Below are positions 63,446 to 64,000 of a stretch of 64,000 nucleotides of DNA, one piece after another. This stretch comes from Heptranchias perlo (Eukaryota). A model generated the notes under the pieces. That model saw only the letters and a program-made list of their open reading frames with translations. It did not search any database and was not told the DNA's origin. The position numbers were made by a program, and so were the translations under genes. Positions within the stretch are counted from its first letter, which is position 1. The number at the start of each line of letters is the position of its first letter. The stretch spans positions 37,882,001-37,946,000 of the forward strand of contig NC_090353.1 of assembly GCF_035084215.1 (NCBI RefSeq), written 5' to 3'.

Positions 63446-64000
63446 GCACCATTGACTCTCATCATTGACTCACTCATTCGGCACCAGCCATCAAACAGGA
63501 GGCTATAGGTGCCCCATCACTCAGCCTCAGACTCCATTTCCAGCCTCCGCAATTATTTTCAGGCATTTTTGTTAACCTGAGACTTTAAAAATATTATCAG
63601 CCTTTGCAGCAGCCACCAACATTTTGTTCCCATGTGTGCCACTTACCTTTAAGTGGCTGAATCCCTTTATATTTACCCATAACCCTTTGTAAGCAGCTCT
63701 TTAGGAGATACTGAGAGACGAGGCCTAGCCTGGGCTGGGAGCTCGCTCTCACTCGTGAATAGAGCTGACCTGTAAATTCACTAATGGTGGATATACTGCA
63801 CTGCCTGACTAGCCCCTGACTGGAGCAACTACCCCACTGTGCCATCTCATTCTTATCAGAGGAGAGGAGACCTTTATCCCATATGTGAGGTCTAGATCTG
63901 AATGCAGGAACCAGAAGTGAAAGGACTGTGGTCTGAGCATCACACTCCTGAACACAGTTACCTAATGAGAAGCCGTGGGAATGTTCCACAGATCTGCCTC

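Noticed and set aside
57449-63452. Repeat ORFs (RRVSTEGALHC, ESAVYS, HPGTPPLDC...)
   Set aside because: Minisatellite translations; the later ones lie in the presumed intron of the fourth PAR gene.

Overview
Repeat-rich vertebrate genomic DNA, most likely a cartilaginous fish (shark), judged from Deu-domain tRNA-SINEs, abundant CR1 and L2 fragments and a Penelope-type repeat. It has two assembly gaps. All genes are on the + strand: one spliced S100 calcium-binding gene (S100Z/S100A1-like, 100 aa), then three complete two-exon protease-activated receptor genes (PAR4/F2RL3-like GPCRs) and the signal-peptide exon of a probable fourth. The ORF track misses the PAR first exons; I reconstructed them by hand from phase-1 GT-AG introns. 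The main finding is that the three receptors have near nucleotide-identical 7TM cores in a mosaic, gene-conversion-like pattern, but different N-termini. Copy 2 has ANGR/SFRFSV, copy 3 has ANGR/SLFINI, and copy 1 has no Arg before its SLF motif. ICL3 and C-tails also differ, and copy 3 has lost the DPxxY tyrosine. Other notable items are a perfect 97-bp palindrome carrying minimal hammerhead ribozyme motifs with a 13-bp TSD, a LINE apparently headed by a tRNA-like Pol III promoter with no ORF1, a LINE tail inserted in the probable S100 5' exon, nested and inverted LINEs splitting a minisatellite, and many minisatellites. All alignments and counts were made by eye, and repeat boundaries are approximate.
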